From: the human T2T-CHM13v2.0 reference genome, Homo sapiens
Reading direction: 5' to 3' (one strand)
DNA length: 64,000 nucleotides
NCBI RefSeq assembly: GCF_009914755.1
Contig: NC_060925.1
Below the pieces are notes generated by a model. The model did no database searches, was not told where the DNA came from, and saw only the letters and a list, made by a program, of their open reading frames with translations. Position 1 is the first letter of the stretch. Each line of letters begins with the position of its first letter. This document shows, piece after piece, positions 11,751 to 27,209 of this stretch. Position numbers and translations under genes: made by a program.

Positions 11751-12704
11751 AAACCTGCCTTCATTAACCTATAAAGGAGAGATGCATGAATAAATGTTAC
11801 CAAGTCAAGCTTTGATTTCCTGGTGATATTGTTCCAGGTTAACCCCATTTGGCTCTGATGAGTCTATAATTGGAATCAATCTGCTCTAATTATTGCTTCT
11901 GTCTATATACTTTAGATATTATCTCTTCTCCACTGAATTATAAAGGATTCTTATGCAAGGACAATGACTCATTATTTTATTCCCTCACTATCCCTCATGT
12001 AGTGGACTCACTCTAGGTTTTTGCTAAAAAATATTGACTACATAGCCAAATGACTAGAACATACTAAAAATAAGCAGCAGATAAACAACAGCTAACTGGC
12101 CTCAGTGCTCTCTATTGTAAAGGTTACAGATATGACTAATCATTATTTCACTTCTTGGTAATACCTGATGCAACTTAAAATTATTTCTTCAACTACCTTC
12201 AGAGCACTGTTACAAATGCACTGCTTTTCCTTTATCTTACAGAAGGATTTCTACAAGATAGTAAATTTCTATGCTTCTGATGTGAGCAACAATTCTGTTT
12301 GTTTGCTTCTCGTTTATTGATAGACAAAGGGGCAGAAATTAGGAGTCTTTGATAGTGTTCAAACTTACAACTATTTTGGTATTATAGGATCCATAGCTCT
12401 ATTAGTCCTGAATTTGTATCGGCTGGATTATTTAATGTTGACCTAATGTTTAGTGTTGCTTAATATAAAGAGTCAATGTTTTAACATATGAAGATCTGGG
12501 TCTAGGTTTCACTTAATATTCACTGGTTGTGTGACCATGGGTAATCACGTGTGGTTCTGTTTTTATATCTGTAATATGTGCCTAAGAAAAGCAGGCTCAG
12601 TGGCCAGTGTGAAAATTAAATGGGAAAGTCCATCACAAATGATAAGGAACTAAGCAAAGCCAGATTATCATTAGGTCGAAAGACACACCAGCTACTTCAG
12701 GGCT

Positions 12705-13209
12705 TCTGATGGTTAATTTTATGAGTCAGCTTGACTGAGCTAAGGGATGCTGAGATAGTTGGTAAAATATTATTTGTGGCACATTTGTGAGGGTGTTTCT
12801 GGAAGAGGTTAGCATTTGAATCTGTAAACTGAGTAAAGAAGGTCTACCTTCAGCAGGGTGGATGGACATCATCCAATTTTTTGAGGGCCTAAATAGAACA
12901 AAAACATGGAGGAAGGAGGAATTTGCTCCCTCTGCTTGAGCTAAGGCTTCCATTTTCTCCTGCCCCTGGGCAGCTGTGCTCCCGGTTTTTGGGCCTTCAA
13001 ACTCCAACAGCAACTGACAGGACTGCCTGCCCTGGCTTGGTCTGGAACCACACCAAAGCTTTACTGAGACTCCATCTTGCAAACAGCAGATCACACAGGA
13101 CTTCTCAGCCTTCATAATCACATGGGCCAATTCCTTGTAACAAATGTCTTTGTATATATCTACCTATCTCCTTTTGGTCCTGTTTCTTTGGAGAACAATA
13201 TTTGATACA
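12705..13209 (+). mobile_element. MLT2 (ERVL) solo LTR with 5-bp TSD GGGCT
   Basis: tgatggttaattttatgagtcagcttgactgagctaagggatgc...ctttggagaac...taca. GGGCT at 12700-12704 and 13210-13214. Confidence 0.9.
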
Positions 13210-13589
13210 GGGCTGTTTGATTCTACATGTTTTACTGATGCCCTAAAATGGCCCCAAAGCTGTTTATGGGGTTAGAGCATAGACTTTGTAGTGGAGCTGC
13301 CCTGGAGTTGTTGCATACTAGTTAGATACACTTGGAAAAGTTACTCGTCATTCATATCCATGAGCCTTTCCTCTTACTACTGTTTCCTTTACCTGCAAAT
13401 CTGCTTCTATCTTGGTCAAGTTGCACATCAAACTTAATTCCCATGAAGCTATCATGGCTTGTCTTCTGTCCCTAGGCAGAGTTTACCTCTCCTTCCTCTG
13501 GGTCACCACTGTGCACTCCTGTCTCATTGCTCCTCCCTTGTGGACCACCCTTCTGTTCAAATATGTTTCACGTAGTTCCTTCAACCTGA

Positions 13590-13897
13590 GATGTTCTCTC
13601 TTATTCTTGGGCCTTCACACATGCTGCACTTCTGACTAGGACATTGTTCTCTGTCTCTTAACATACCATCTCCTCATTCTTTAATCTTTTAGTTATATGT
13701 TTCTTCCTTGGAAAACAACCTGTCTTAGCTCTGTTGTAACACCTGATCCAACTATTTGTTTAATTTTCTAATTTTCTCTGATAGACTGTTAGCTCCATAA
13801 AGGCAAGGAAACTTTTTTATTGTTCACTGCCATATCCCCAGTGCCTAAGTGTTTGGCACATTATCATCACTTAAATATTTGTTAAAGGAATTAATGT
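13590..13897 (+). mobile_element. L2 3' end
   Basis: tagactgttagctccataaaggcaagg...ttgttcactgccatatccccagtgcct...aaatatttgttaaaggaattaatg. Confidence 0.7.
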
Positions 13898-15445
13898 ATT
13901 AAACTTAATATAGAGTCTTCTGGAAAAATTGTTCTGACTTATGAAATATGCTTTATGTTTGTGGAACTATCACAAAGTAATAAGGGTATCTATTTATCTA
14001 TCATCATTATCTATCTATCTATCTATTTCTCCTGCCAGAAGAAAAAGGGTTAGGTCTTGCCAGCCAAATGGAATTGTTCTTTTATCCAAGAAAGGGAAGT
14101 AGAGAGTTAGAGACCAGGGTAACTCTTAAAACATGCTCCTCATACCATATAGGAAAGGCGCAGGGATTAGAATAATATGCTAATACTACACACTAAAGAA
14201 AATGTGTTTTTGAATGGACCAGTCAGATGAATACAAAGAAATTAAGGTTATGATTCACAAGCAATGTTAATTTTGTATTGAGATAGCTGCAAAAACAAAA
14301 ACAAAAAAAGCTGCTGTCTGTTTCTCAAAGAATAGATGAGAGGAGATTGGTGGAGGAGTAATCATTAGTTTGCTGATGGCCATCTCCAGTCATTAAAAAA
14401 TGGTTTGAGAGTAATGTTAACACAACACAGCAAGACAACAGCACAGAACAGGTGAAGACAAACTTGCAGATTCACCAAGAACAGGGTTTCTTTGTGGTAT
14501 ACTCTGCTGAAATAGATACTGTAGAATTATGTTTCTTAGAAGATTTGAAAACTTCACAAAAATTATATTAAGAAGAAAAATATAGAGCAGAGGTATTTTA
14601 GGATGTGAAAATCATGTCTCTGGGTAGTTATATAAACACTAATGATAGGCATTCTCTTCCCGTGAGTCCACGAAATCGCAAACTTAAGATTATTGTGTTT
14701 GCTCCCTTACTACCTGCTCCTAAAACCCTGATGCTGCAGAGAACTGATGTAGGCCACAGCCTAATCTCACCAGCATTCTTAATACAAGCTTATTTGGGAA
14801 AATTTAAGAGATACAAAACAAAATACAGTATATTTTATGTATTTATGTAATAAAAAATGGAATCTGGAGGTTACATATAAATAGCAAATGTTTTGCAATA
14901 TCCCTGTTCTCATTGTCTATCAAATTAACCACTGGGATTGGAAAAAAAACCCACCAAAAAACCTAAGTGGGAGAAGAATAGTAATCTCACAGCCAGAGAT
15001 CTGAGTCTTTAATGTCTGTGTTACCCTGTGAGTCTGGGTCATTTACCACTTAGATGGGTGCCTTCATTGTTTTTTCTTTAACAATTTTTCCCCAATTATA
15101 ATGGATCTTCCATTATGCTTTCCGCTCTATTTCATTCCTCTTTTGTGATGCAACATCTTGGCCCATATCCAAAGCTTTATTTATTTTTCTGTATTTATAG
15201 AAAGAAATTCACTTTCAGATGCTGAAGGCAAGATAGCAAATGAGGAATTAAAATGATCATGAGTATTTGTATTCTACTCTTCTTCCTGGATCCAGTACAT
15301 TCTTTGTCCCCTTGCACCTAGATAGTTCTGGCCAGTGGAATACTAGCAGAATGATGAATGCCCTCTCCCAGTTGGTCCCCAAAATCTTTGTTAAAGTCCC
15401 TTCAGCATTATTTTCATTTTTCTGGTATAGTGGCTGGCTCTAGAG

Positions 15446-16109
<664 letters not shown>

Positions 16110-16269
16110 TTTTTGAAGGATGGAGTAAAGAGAATGGAACAGTTATTAGACGGAAAACCCTGGGTCACTGAATGACTATGGAGAAATGTTCCTCATCACT
16201 GATCTACAATGAACAGTAATGTAAGAAATAAACCTTTGTCAAGTCTGAGATTTGCCAATTAAGATTTTG

Positions 16270-16477
16270 GAACAATGAGAACACTTGGACACAGGATGGG
16301 GAACATCACACACCAGGGCCTGTCGTGGGGTGGGGAAGGGGGGAGGGATAGCATTAGGAGATATACCTAATGTAAATGTAGAGTTAATGGGTGCAGCACA
16401 CCAACATGGCACATGTATACATATGTAACAAACCTGCATGTTGTGCACATGTACCCTAGAACTTAATAATAAAAAAC
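16270..16477 (+). mobile_element. Short L1PA 3' end (about 210 bp) inserted in an MLT1-like LTR remnant
   Basis: gaacaatgagaacacttggacacagg...G-rich tract...gtaccctagaactt-polyA. Approximate TSD aagatttt(t)gga. Confidence 0.92.
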
Positions 16478-16524
16478 AAGATTTTTGGATTTGTGATTAT
16501 CAGCCAGCGTCCTATGGAAGCTTA

Positions 16525-17002
16525 AATTATCATGCAGCAAATATTCACTACACTTCCTCTGCTTTCCCTTAACCTCCATAACCTCAACTTTCTTGCCTCA
16601 CTGATATCGAGCCTGGGCAGGTGATTTGCTTTGGCCAATGGAGTGTTGACAGAAAAGACAGTGTGCTGATGCTAAGTGTAGGCTGGAAGACCAGTTCATG
16701 ATTCTCATAAACTTTTTGAGCTTTTATCTTCTCCTTTAAAAAAAATGGATCAAAAAAAGAAAAAAAAACAAAATAAAAAATAAAATTAAGAAAAGCAAAA
16801 AATATAAATCAGATGACCTACTGGTCCCAGAAAAATGGGAAATACTTTGAGCATTCCTGAAATGAACCTATTGCCTGGAGTTCAGTTCAGCTGTGCAGTC
16901 TAGATCAGTTGAACATCAGCTCACCTGCTTATTGTTGCTTGCAACTGTGTTTTGAGGTGAATTGGTGTGCAATGTTATGGTGATAATAGCTGACTGATAG
17001 AA
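16525..17002 (+). mobile_element. MLT1I/J-like MaLR LTR
   Basis: gtgatttgctttggccaatggagtgttgacagaa...gcttattgttg...taatagctgactgata. Confidence 0.65.
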
Positions 17003-19084
17003 CTACCCTAAAAGAGTTTTATTCCCCATGGAAGAACCATCTACCCTACTGCCAACCCACAATCCTATCTTCCTGTTGGTACTTTTCTATGGTACATCTC
17101 CTCTTCCATCCTTCTTTCCCTTTCACAGTCCTCTAACTCATGTTCTCCCATGTTATCAGCCAGTATTGGTGGGCTTTTTGTTTTATAATTATTTATATGT
17201 GTAATTTAGAGGTTAGCCAACTTCTTCTTACAACTTAAGATCTACATATGTAATCATCCTTTCAGTCATTCAATACTTACTTTCTAGGCACTGTTGTAAT
17301 CTACAAGGATGCAATAGTGATTAAGAAAAACTATTTTCATGGCACTTACATTTTTTTGCGAGGAATAGACAACACACAAATAAAAAATGCAAAGAGTGTA
17401 CTCTTACCACAAAGAAGAATACAGAAGACTAAGAGATTGGAGATGGGGGTTATTTCTATAGAAATGATTTCATAAACCCATTATTTTATATGTTGCATAA
17501 ATATAAACCTCTCTAGAATCTTTGCCTATTGCTAGAAACTTACATTCTTATACTTCTCTGTGGCTTCCAACTACTTCCACTGAATTAGTTGATTTTAAGG
17601 ATTATTTGTGTCATTCTATTTGTCTTGCATTTTTCTATCTTGTGTTTGCTGAATTAATGAACTTAGTATCACACAAACTATTCACACAAAGGCATTTGTG
17701 TGTATATGAGACTTTACTGAAGGTGTTAAGAATATAGAAGTATTTTCATTATGGTAACACAATTTAAAACTCAGTGTTAGTTCTTCCCAATCCTAAAAGT
17801 CTCAAAGTGAGACCCCCACCTCCTGCCATGATGTTTATTTGCATTTTCTGTCTTTATTCTTTTGTTCTACTTTCTGAATTCTCATTTTTTTCCTGTAGCA
17901 GAGCAACTGAGCTAGCTCCCTTATTTACCTGGCTCCCCTAGTTGGGGCCCCCAGAGTCTCATTTTTTTTTTTTCACTAAGTAGCTTACAAGTTATTTTTC
18001 TACACATGGCAACATTCAGGATTAGGGGTATTACATTATATGCTTAAGGTCACACAGCTACAATGTAATGGAGCTGAGATTTCAATCTAGCCTATCTCAC
18101 TTTAAAACTAATGTTTGTAAAGTGAAAACAAATTTCATAGTCACTTCACTTAGCAAACATGTAAGTTTTTTCCTTTTAATAAATAAGCTCATTTGCTGCC
18201 TAGAATCTGCCCAATGGAAAGTAACTTAAACTAATTACTTCCATATAAACTCAGCCATTCTATGAGATAAGAATTTACATACAGATACACAATTGAGGTC
18301 TTAATTCTAAGGGTGGTCTTGTCTGTGGCTATCTTTTGTTCATTGATAGTATCCATTGGGTTACTGGTCACTTAGCCTGTTTGTTAGGCAATGGCCTCTG
18401 TAACATATCTATTGCTTATGTCCATTGTCTTTCAACAGTCACTGATGCTAACCTGATTCTTCATTATATTCTTGAGACTCTTCCAGTCACCCTGCTCTCT
18501 TTGTCACTTTCATGAGAAGAAAAGTAAATCTCACATGCTTTTGCCCAAACCAGACTAACATGTGGGACACTTGGAGATTCTTTCAGGGCCATCTACTTAC
18601 ACATCTTCTTCAGGCAGTGCTTCTTCAATGATCTGCCTTTTCCTTTCTCACCTTCAATTCCCGGGCTGATTTACATGTAAATTTATGCTCTCTAACCCAA
18701 GCTGAGCCCTTAGTACCACTTTCAATGCTTTGACTTGTCTTTGGTTCACTCCTTCTCCTATTGACTCACTGATTGTTGCAAGTATGCATCTCTCTCCTTA
18801 CTTCTCTTGTTCCTAGTCTTACTAGATAGCATATCTTTCTTTTGAACAAAAATTGAAGATATCAATCAAAAACTTCCTCAACTTCTCTTTTTCTCTATTA
18901 TTTCCTCAGAAGTGTCATAGGAACTGTATGCATTGACAAGGAAGAGTAAGATATGGTTCCTGAATTTATGGAATTAAAAACATATGCTCAAGTACAAAAT
19001 GAGGGCTATATGCAGTACATGCTAAAGTTTGTAATGATAACAACAAAAATTTGTATAGAGTTATAGAAACCTTAACTACGTTAT

Positions 19085-19250
19085 TTTTTTATGCGTACAA
19101 CCACTTGGAAGATGAGTATAATTATTACCATCATTATAAAGATGAGTAAACTGAGGCTTAGAGATACAGTGTAATTTGACAAAGATGCCTATTAAAAAAT
19201 AGCAGAATCAGGACTTGCAGTGGTGTCTGACTTGTAAAAAATAATAGACT
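19085..19250 (-). mobile_element. MIR SINE
   Basis: cattataaagatgagtaaactgaggcttagaga...gtaatttgac. Confidence 0.7.
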
Positions 19251-21011
19251 CTCCTGTGAACCTATGTGCGATATTTTGCTAACATTTTGTTGACTCTGTT
19301 CTCTGCCTCCTGTCTTGGCCCAAATCTGGATGAATGTAAGTCCAGGCAAGCAATCCTAGCAGCAGGCTACAGATATTGCCTTGAACTTTATTCAAAGCAA
19401 CAGTAACATGTATGTCTGTCTTTTCTCCACCCTGGATTTCTCATTTCTAGGGATCCTTTCCAAGCAGCAAAGTAGAAATAGATTAGATGGGACAACATGG
19501 ATATATTATATATGAATTATTAACCCTACTTCTGACTAGTAGCAGGAGAAACAAAATGTCAGCAGAAGCTGGAAGCTTCTTCAAACACACAAGCTAAAAT
19601 TAATCTTTTTTTCATACATAAGTCAGTTTTTTAAATGGCCTATTCCTTTGTCAGGGATACAAACTCTTTCCCAAATCTTCTCATGGTTGGAACCTACTTG
19701 TCCTTGTGAGGTTGTCTCACTTTTTACTTATTTTAATTGCATGCATTTTTAAAAATTTTATTCCCATTATCGTTAGGTGAGGTTCCCCTTTCACAAATAT
19801 CTGAAAAAGGAATATGTTCAGTGCAGCTTTGATCAATATGTTTATATCTATCTAGTAGGAAATTCATTATATGCACAGCTACCATCACTCCCGTAGTTTA
19901 AAAAAAAACGCAACCCACTAAAAAGTACAGCCGGATTTCTCTCCTTATTTGACTCTATCTTCCCTAAAGTTTGTCTAAACTGAATGTCTCCGTCTGAATT
20001 TACTACATAACTCCTTCTAATTCTACCAGCTAACTTGATGCCTTCCTCTCATCTTCTCCCATAGATTATCCTTCTGATCAATATTTCCCACTTAGCATTC
20101 TTAGTCGAGCATAGTCTCAGATTGCATAAACCACCCTCTAATTGAAAGTTATACCCTTATGAGAGCTACATTTCTTATAGACCTGACAGCTTAGTATTTT
20201 GTGTTAAGATTTTTTGTTTTCACTTAGTAATAGAGGCTCGAGTGTTTTTCATCAGCTTCCAAAGTACTTACTTTTCAACTGGGGACTTTCTTATGAGAAG
20301 GGACAAGGACTATCTACTTCTTTCGAGTTTTTTGGAGGGTTTGAGTCACCTGTGAACTCCAGAACCAAAAATAATTTTCAAAAATGGAAAATATTCAGTT
20401 TGTTGTCACATCCTTTATTTATAGGAATAAGTTGCCATCCTAAAACTGCAGGTCTGCAAGGTCTCTTTAACCTTTCCACTTCAACGAAAACATATCCTGA
20501 GTAGCAGTTTCTGAAAACAGTATCTGTGCAATGACTACTGTAGAAAAAATAATTTTGGAAGAAGAAAGGAAGCAGGATATTATGCACACCCTCTGAATTC
20601 CTAAAACATCATTTAAAAATAGGAGTTCTTAGCCAGAGGAACCCTGTCTGCTTAGAGAGAGTCCTTGCACGTGTAGTAGTCAACTGGTGTAAAAACTAGA
20701 TTTTCTTCTATGTCAAATTCTCTGCTATATGAAATTGTTTTGTGCAGTAAGAATGGACTCAGTGGTTTATTGGTTATAATGAAAGGCACAGCCTCGGGGA
20801 GCACCTCCTTAAGTTGAGGTGAAGTGAAGGGCTGACAGTTTTTACATGGAAAGTGAATATTATAAAGAATGCCAGAGAGCTCCTCAGGGCACTCTGCATG
20901 TACATTTTGCTTCAGATTACTTTCTTGTGGAAGCACAGTCTAAGCATTCTACTTTCTCAATTCTAGAAGCTCTGAACAGGGGGCAACCATGCTTTGCTCT
21001 ACAAGTCAGTA

Positions 21012-21052
21012 ATGTGTGTGTGTGTGTGTGTATGTGTGTGTGCATATGTGTG
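21012..21052. repeat. (TG)n microsatellite
   Basis: Direct inspection. Confidence 0.9.
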
Positions 21053-21859
21053 TTTTCATGTATGTACCATTTTTACTCTCATTGATTTGTGAGGCTTTGT
21101 GATGCGGGACACAAAAAGAAAACTTCAAATCTTTAATTATTCTGGCTTTCAGAGTCTTACACTTAGACCAAAGCAGAAGCTAAATTTGATAGTTCTCTGG
21201 TTAGAAGGATGGGTTGGTCCCCAAGGTATTAATATGATTTTCCTGATGCGTTTGATACTATATTGTATTTTTTGAGAATACTTGGCTTGGTATTCATTCA
21301 TGTAGACACAGTTATCCTTCATGAAAGTTAGGCACAGGAATAAAAAAAGTGGTTTAGAGTATGTAGTGTGGAATTAAATCATTCAAATTAATCAGGGATA
21401 ATAAAAGTTCAAACAGAAGAAAAAAGTGTAACATTCTTAAAGGGCATCTAGCATTCTTAAGACTTACCTGAACCAGTTGCGTAATCTGCCTAATTCACAT
21501 TCATGAATTAGCAGACGAGGACTGGTAGAATACATAATTTGAAACTGGAGAGTCCTAAGCTGGAATATCAATTCTTCTATTTATCAATAAAAAGTTCTTG
21601 AACAAAGTAAGCAAACTTTCTGGGCACCACTGTCCTCATCTGTGGAAAGAGAAAAAATAATGAATATTTACTTGAGTTTTTGTATGAAATATTGTAATAC
21701 CTTCAAAGTTCCAACTGCCTATCTCACAGCAGGTATTTAGAAATATTACTTATATCATCCACTGTCAGAAAAATCTAGTATTGCTTTGTTTTAGCATATC
21801 TATTGTAAAATTCTTAAGGGCTTATATTTTAATAAAGTTAAATTCTTAAAATTAACTTC

Positions 21860-22411
21860 TCTAAGAGGATATATAAATAGTCAAGTTAACATCATGCACC
21901 TAAATTTGAAGGTCTTCTAACACATCTTCCAAAAATAAACATCAAGTAAAGCAGAGGTTAGTAAATTGTTTTTCTGTAAAGGGATTAATAATTGAGGATT
22001 TTGGGCCATAGCGTCTCTGTCACAACTAATAAACTCTGCTGTTGTAGTGTGAAAGCAGCCATAATAATTAATAAACAAATTAGCATGTCTCTGTTCCAAT
22101 AAAACTTTATTTGAGGCAGATAATGTGCCAGATTTGGCTTGGGAACAATAGTGCGCTGAACTCTAAAGCAGGAAAACAAATGTAACCACATAAATCTCAT
22201 ACATTGCATACAATTGTAAGTCAGAGAAATTACAGAGTTCATTAGTTGTGACAGAGACGCTATGGCCCAAAATCCTCAATTATTTATTGCTTTACTGAAA
22301 AACAATTTACTAACCTCTGCTTTACTTGATGTTTATTTTTGGAAGATGTGTTAGAAGACCTTCAAATTTAGGTGCATGATGTTAACTTGACTATTTATAT
22401 ATCCTCTTAGA
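21860..22411. repeat. Inverted repeat: 179-bp arms (21860-22038, 22233-22411), 194-bp spacer, 5 mismatches
   Basis: Manual reverse-complement alignment gives 174/179 identical with no gaps. Confidence 0.97.
21952..22165 (+). mobile_element. MER58A-like MITE (5' half is duplicated in the inverted repeat)
   Basis: cagaggttagtaaattgtttttctgtaaaggg...gggccatagcgtctctgtcacaact...gtgaaagcagccata...gttccaataaaactttattt. Confidence 0.85.
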
Positions 22412-22982
22412 AACTTCAAAATTGTATTAAGTAGAAAAAGTAAATATTAATTTTTACTGGAGGTACTTTTTACATATCCAATATAAGCCTTTGCAAGGTG
22501 GGTTGAGAAAAACTGTTGAAGAAAGAAGAGGGAAATAAAATACCTATAATTGAACTAAAATTAACCGTAGAAAGAAGAATTCAATTTATGAGAGGAGATG
22601 CTGAAAAAAGGTTCTAGTAAATTTGAGCACTGACTATAAGTTACTTGAAGATGAGGGAGGCCTCTAGGAGGCAATCTTAGAAAGGCAACACGTAGAGAAG
22701 AGGAGAGTAAAAAGGAGAGAAAAGTCTTCCTCTGAAAACTGCATCCTAAAGAGAAAAAGAACAAGTGATAAATGGATGATCCTACAAGAAAAAATAAAAA
22801 TTCAAATAATTGGAGGCCATAACACTCCATTCCTTCTTCTCTGCTGAAACAGCCATCTATTAAAGAAACTACATGTTGTAACACTGACAGAAAAGTGGTC
22901 TTAAACTAGGCATTTTAAAAACTACCCAACTGTCAGCCTGCTCACAGAAATTCAGAAGTACAACCAGTCTCACATATGCAGT

Positions 22983-23374
22983 TGTCTTAGTTTCTGTTGT
23001 TCATAGCAGAATACCTGACACTGGGTATTTTTTTTTTTAAAGGAATTTATTTCTTACAGTTATGGAGGGGGAGATGCTCATGGTTTAGTAGCCACATCTG
23101 GTAAGGGCCTTCTTGCCAGTGGAAACTCTATAGAGTCCTTAGGCGACACAGGACATCACATGGTGAGGGGGCTGGGTGTGCTCACTCAATTCTCTCTTCC
23201 TCTTCTTATAAAGCCTCTGTTCCCACTCCTGTGATAACCCATTAATGCATTAACTCGTTCATGAGGACCCTCATGACTCAATTTCCTCTTAAAGTTTCCA
23301 CTTCTACATACTGCCACATTGGGGATTAAATTTCAACATGAGTTTTGGAGGAGACAAACATTCAAACCATAGCA
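22983..23374 (-). mobile_element. MSTC/MSTD-like MaLR LTR
   Basis: tgtcttagtttctgttg...ttcttacagttatggagg...gccacattggggattaaatttcaacatgagttttggagg...aaccatagca. Confidence 0.85.
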
Positions 23375-23916
23375 ACAGCATAAGAAAAAGCAAATACAAC
23401 ATTTAAATATAAGTTTTTCAGGTGAAGAAAATGCCATTCCTCCACTCTGGATCAACCAGAAGGGAGAAGAAAATTGTAATGCATAGTTCCATACTGAAGC
23501 ATACATCCTTAAACAAACACATAAAGAAAGATCTTGTATCAGATATTCAAAATCTATGTACAAAAAATGAACACAAACAACAAAAAGAAATGAATTGAGA
23601 ATGGATTGAATTCAGGAAAAAATAAAAAGAGGTTAAATCATATCAGAAGTAAAGACTGATTTACAAGATCAATCTTGCAAATCAAGAATAGAATAGATGC
23701 AAATAAAAACTAAGATATTCTAAAGAAATTCAGAAAATGATAATGAAAAAGTAAAAAGGGTCAGAGATAAAGTTTTTAAATTAACACAGGCAAGGATGAA
23801 TCAACATAATTGTAACTGGAATCCCTGAAGATGGAAAATTCAACACTGAAAAATAAATAATATTTACAACTCTAATACAAGAAACGTTTTCTGAAGTAAA
23901 ATGAGATCCATGTCTA

Positions 23917-24315
<399 letters not shown>

Positions 24316-26639
24316 TTATAAACGTAAAGAAAAATACTCATGGCCTCAGGAAAAGCAAAATATAAATCAAAGTATCAAAGGAATATCATTTTCAAGGAAA
24401 ATCAAAAAAAGAAAGTATGAGCCAAAGATTTTATATCCATTTAAGTTGTCTCTTAAGCTATATAAAAATAGTTTTAAACATGTAATAACTTGAGGCATAT
24501 TGTATTCTTGATTTTCCTTTGGGCAAACTTTGAGAGAATAAACTTCATCCAACCAAAAAACAAATAAAAGAAAATTCCAGCAAAAGAAATGACTTAGTTT
24601 TAAATATAAGTAAGATTAAGAAAGGTGAGGATGAGGTTGAAGTAAATATGTCAATATGTCATATGTAAATATTATATGCTTTTAGAAAGGAAAAATAATG
24701 TAGCTAATAGAAGAAAAGAAAGAGGCAAGGAATAAGTAGAATAAGCTCATTGATTATAATATAAGCAATATATACAATCAAGAAGCTCATTGATAAGTAT
24801 ATAAGCAGTTTAATGGAAATCAAAGAGTACCGCTAAAACAAACTAACAAACCAGAGAGTAAAGATTAAATAAGAAATAGAATTCCACAAATATTTAACAA
24901 TTGTGTAAGTATAAAATATAAATATTTCTAAATTCTAAAAGAAATAAACAAAAATAAGAGAAACACATGATACATATAAAAATCATGGAAACTAAACATA
25001 GTACACATAATATTTGTAACACTAAATGATCACTCATATCAATAAATGTAAATAGGTTTAACCAGATATCAAGTGATTTTAAATTTGACTCATAAAGCAG
25101 ACCCAACTATATGCTTCATAAAAGAGAGAAACCTAAAATAAAATTATTTATAAAGCATGTTATAAAGGAAGGAGCAAAGATTTCCAGACAAATGGAAGCA
25201 ATAAAAAAAGGCCCAGCAGATTGCAATATTGATGTCAATAAAGTAAAATTCAAGAGAAGAAAAGTATTAAACATTAAAATTAAGGGTAGTTATAAATTCT
25301 GATAACCATAAATCATAATGAAGATATAACTGTTATGGATATTTACGCACAAAATCACACAGAATCTACCTTTTTAAAACAAGAGTGTAATTAGACACAG
25401 CTAGAAAAAAACTAATAAAGGCAAACTTTAAGACACCAAACCTAAGTACCAGGCAGATCAAGAAACAAAAATATAAGTAAGATACATATGACCTAAACAA
25501 AGTATAAATAAGTTAAATCTTAAGGAAATATATCTACTGATACTGATACTGATATCAGAGAATCCAATTTCTTTTCAAGTGCACATTGGACATTTACAAA
25601 ATCAATTCTGCATTTGAAGTCACAAAGAGAGTATCAGAAAGTTTTGTAAATATAACAACACTCACTGGTCACAATGAATAAGCTAAAATTCAATCACAAA
25701 ATAAAAATACCCTTTCACCTAAATATTGAAAATTACTTCTATCAACAACACTTAGAAAAATATTATAGGTTTGAATACTTACTAAGATTAAAGGATGAAA
25801 ATAAACCTATTAAGTTCCCAACTCACGAAGTTATACACAGAATAATAAATGAAACGTTAAGACAGAAAATAATAAAGATAAAAGCACAAATTAACAATGT
25901 AGAAATATGAAAGTCAGTTTATCTAATTAATAAATCAAATCTTGATTTTTTAGGAAAAATTAACAAAATAAGCTAGTTAACTTATTCAATTTCCCAAAAT
26001 GGGAGAAGTCCCAAATATGCAATACAAGACAATGACAAGGATGAAGTAAGTAGTCATAGGAACTGAAGAAATTTTAAAATAATCAAAAGACTATGCTGTT
26101 GACATTTATGCAACTATATTTGAAGACGTAGATGAAATAAATGACTTCCTAGAGAAATACCCTGTATTAATTTATTGAACCTATTAGAAATAGAAAGTTT
26201 AAATAAACCAATTTTCATATAAAACATAACAAGAAACAACTTTGTTATCAAGAAACAACCTCACAAGGGAAGTTTACAAAATATTTAAAGTCCAGATAGT
26301 CCTAATACTACATAGATTGTTTCAGAGCATAAGAAATCAAGGAAAATGTTCAAATTCTTTTTATGAATCAAATGTAACATTAATACCTAAATATGGTGAA
26401 GACAGTAGAAAAAATAAAATTACTGATCAATGTAATGTATAAACATCAATGCAAAAATGCTAAATAAAATATTAGCCATCAGAATCCAATACCACAATAA
26501 GAAAATAAAATACATTATGACCCAGTAGGGTTAATTCCAGGAATGCATGTTTGGTTAATATTTGAGTATCTATCAGTGCAATATATCATATTAACAGATC
26601 TAAGGAGAAAAACAAAACTGATGAATACTTTCTTAAAAC

Positions 26640-26770
26640 AAATATATATATTATATATTTGTATTTATACATATTTATATATTTATATATAAATATAAAT
26701 ATATAGATATATATTTATATATTTATATTTATATAGATATATATAGCGATATAGATATATATGTATCTAG
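26640..26770. repeat. TA-rich low-complexity tract
   Basis: Direct inspection. Confidence 0.85.
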
Positions 26771-27209
26771 AGGCATATTCACCTCAAGGTCATCAAGGCA
26801 AAGATGCTAATTACATTCAATAATATTTAACATTATACTGAAGGTATTATCAAATGAAATTAGAGAAGTGAAACCTATTAGAGTTGTAATAATTGGATAA
26901 GAATTAACAGTGTCTCTATTTGCAGATGATATAATAGTATACCTGTGAAATGCTAGAGACTCAATGAGCAAACTTAATAAAATAATTCAGTAAGATAGCA
27001 GGTATAGGATTAACCTGTAGAAATCAATGACCTTGCTTTACAAACAATAAGCAGGTAGGGGACATAATAATAGAGAGGCTCTATTTACAATAGTAGCAAA
27101 GGAGATGGAGTAATGGGGATGAACTTAACAAGGAGTATGCCAAACCTATATGAGAAAATCTTTATAACATCTTAAAAGATACAAAAGTAGACTTAAACAA
27201 ATGGAAAGA

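Noticed and set aside
16327-16347. G-quadruplex-forming tract
   Set aside because: It is a standard part of the L1PA 3'UTR and is not specific to this locus.
21860-22411. Inverted repeat as a miRNA precursor or as native MER58A termini
   Set aside because: The stem and 194-nt loop are far larger than a pre-miRNA. The arms include non-transposon flank and only half the MITE.
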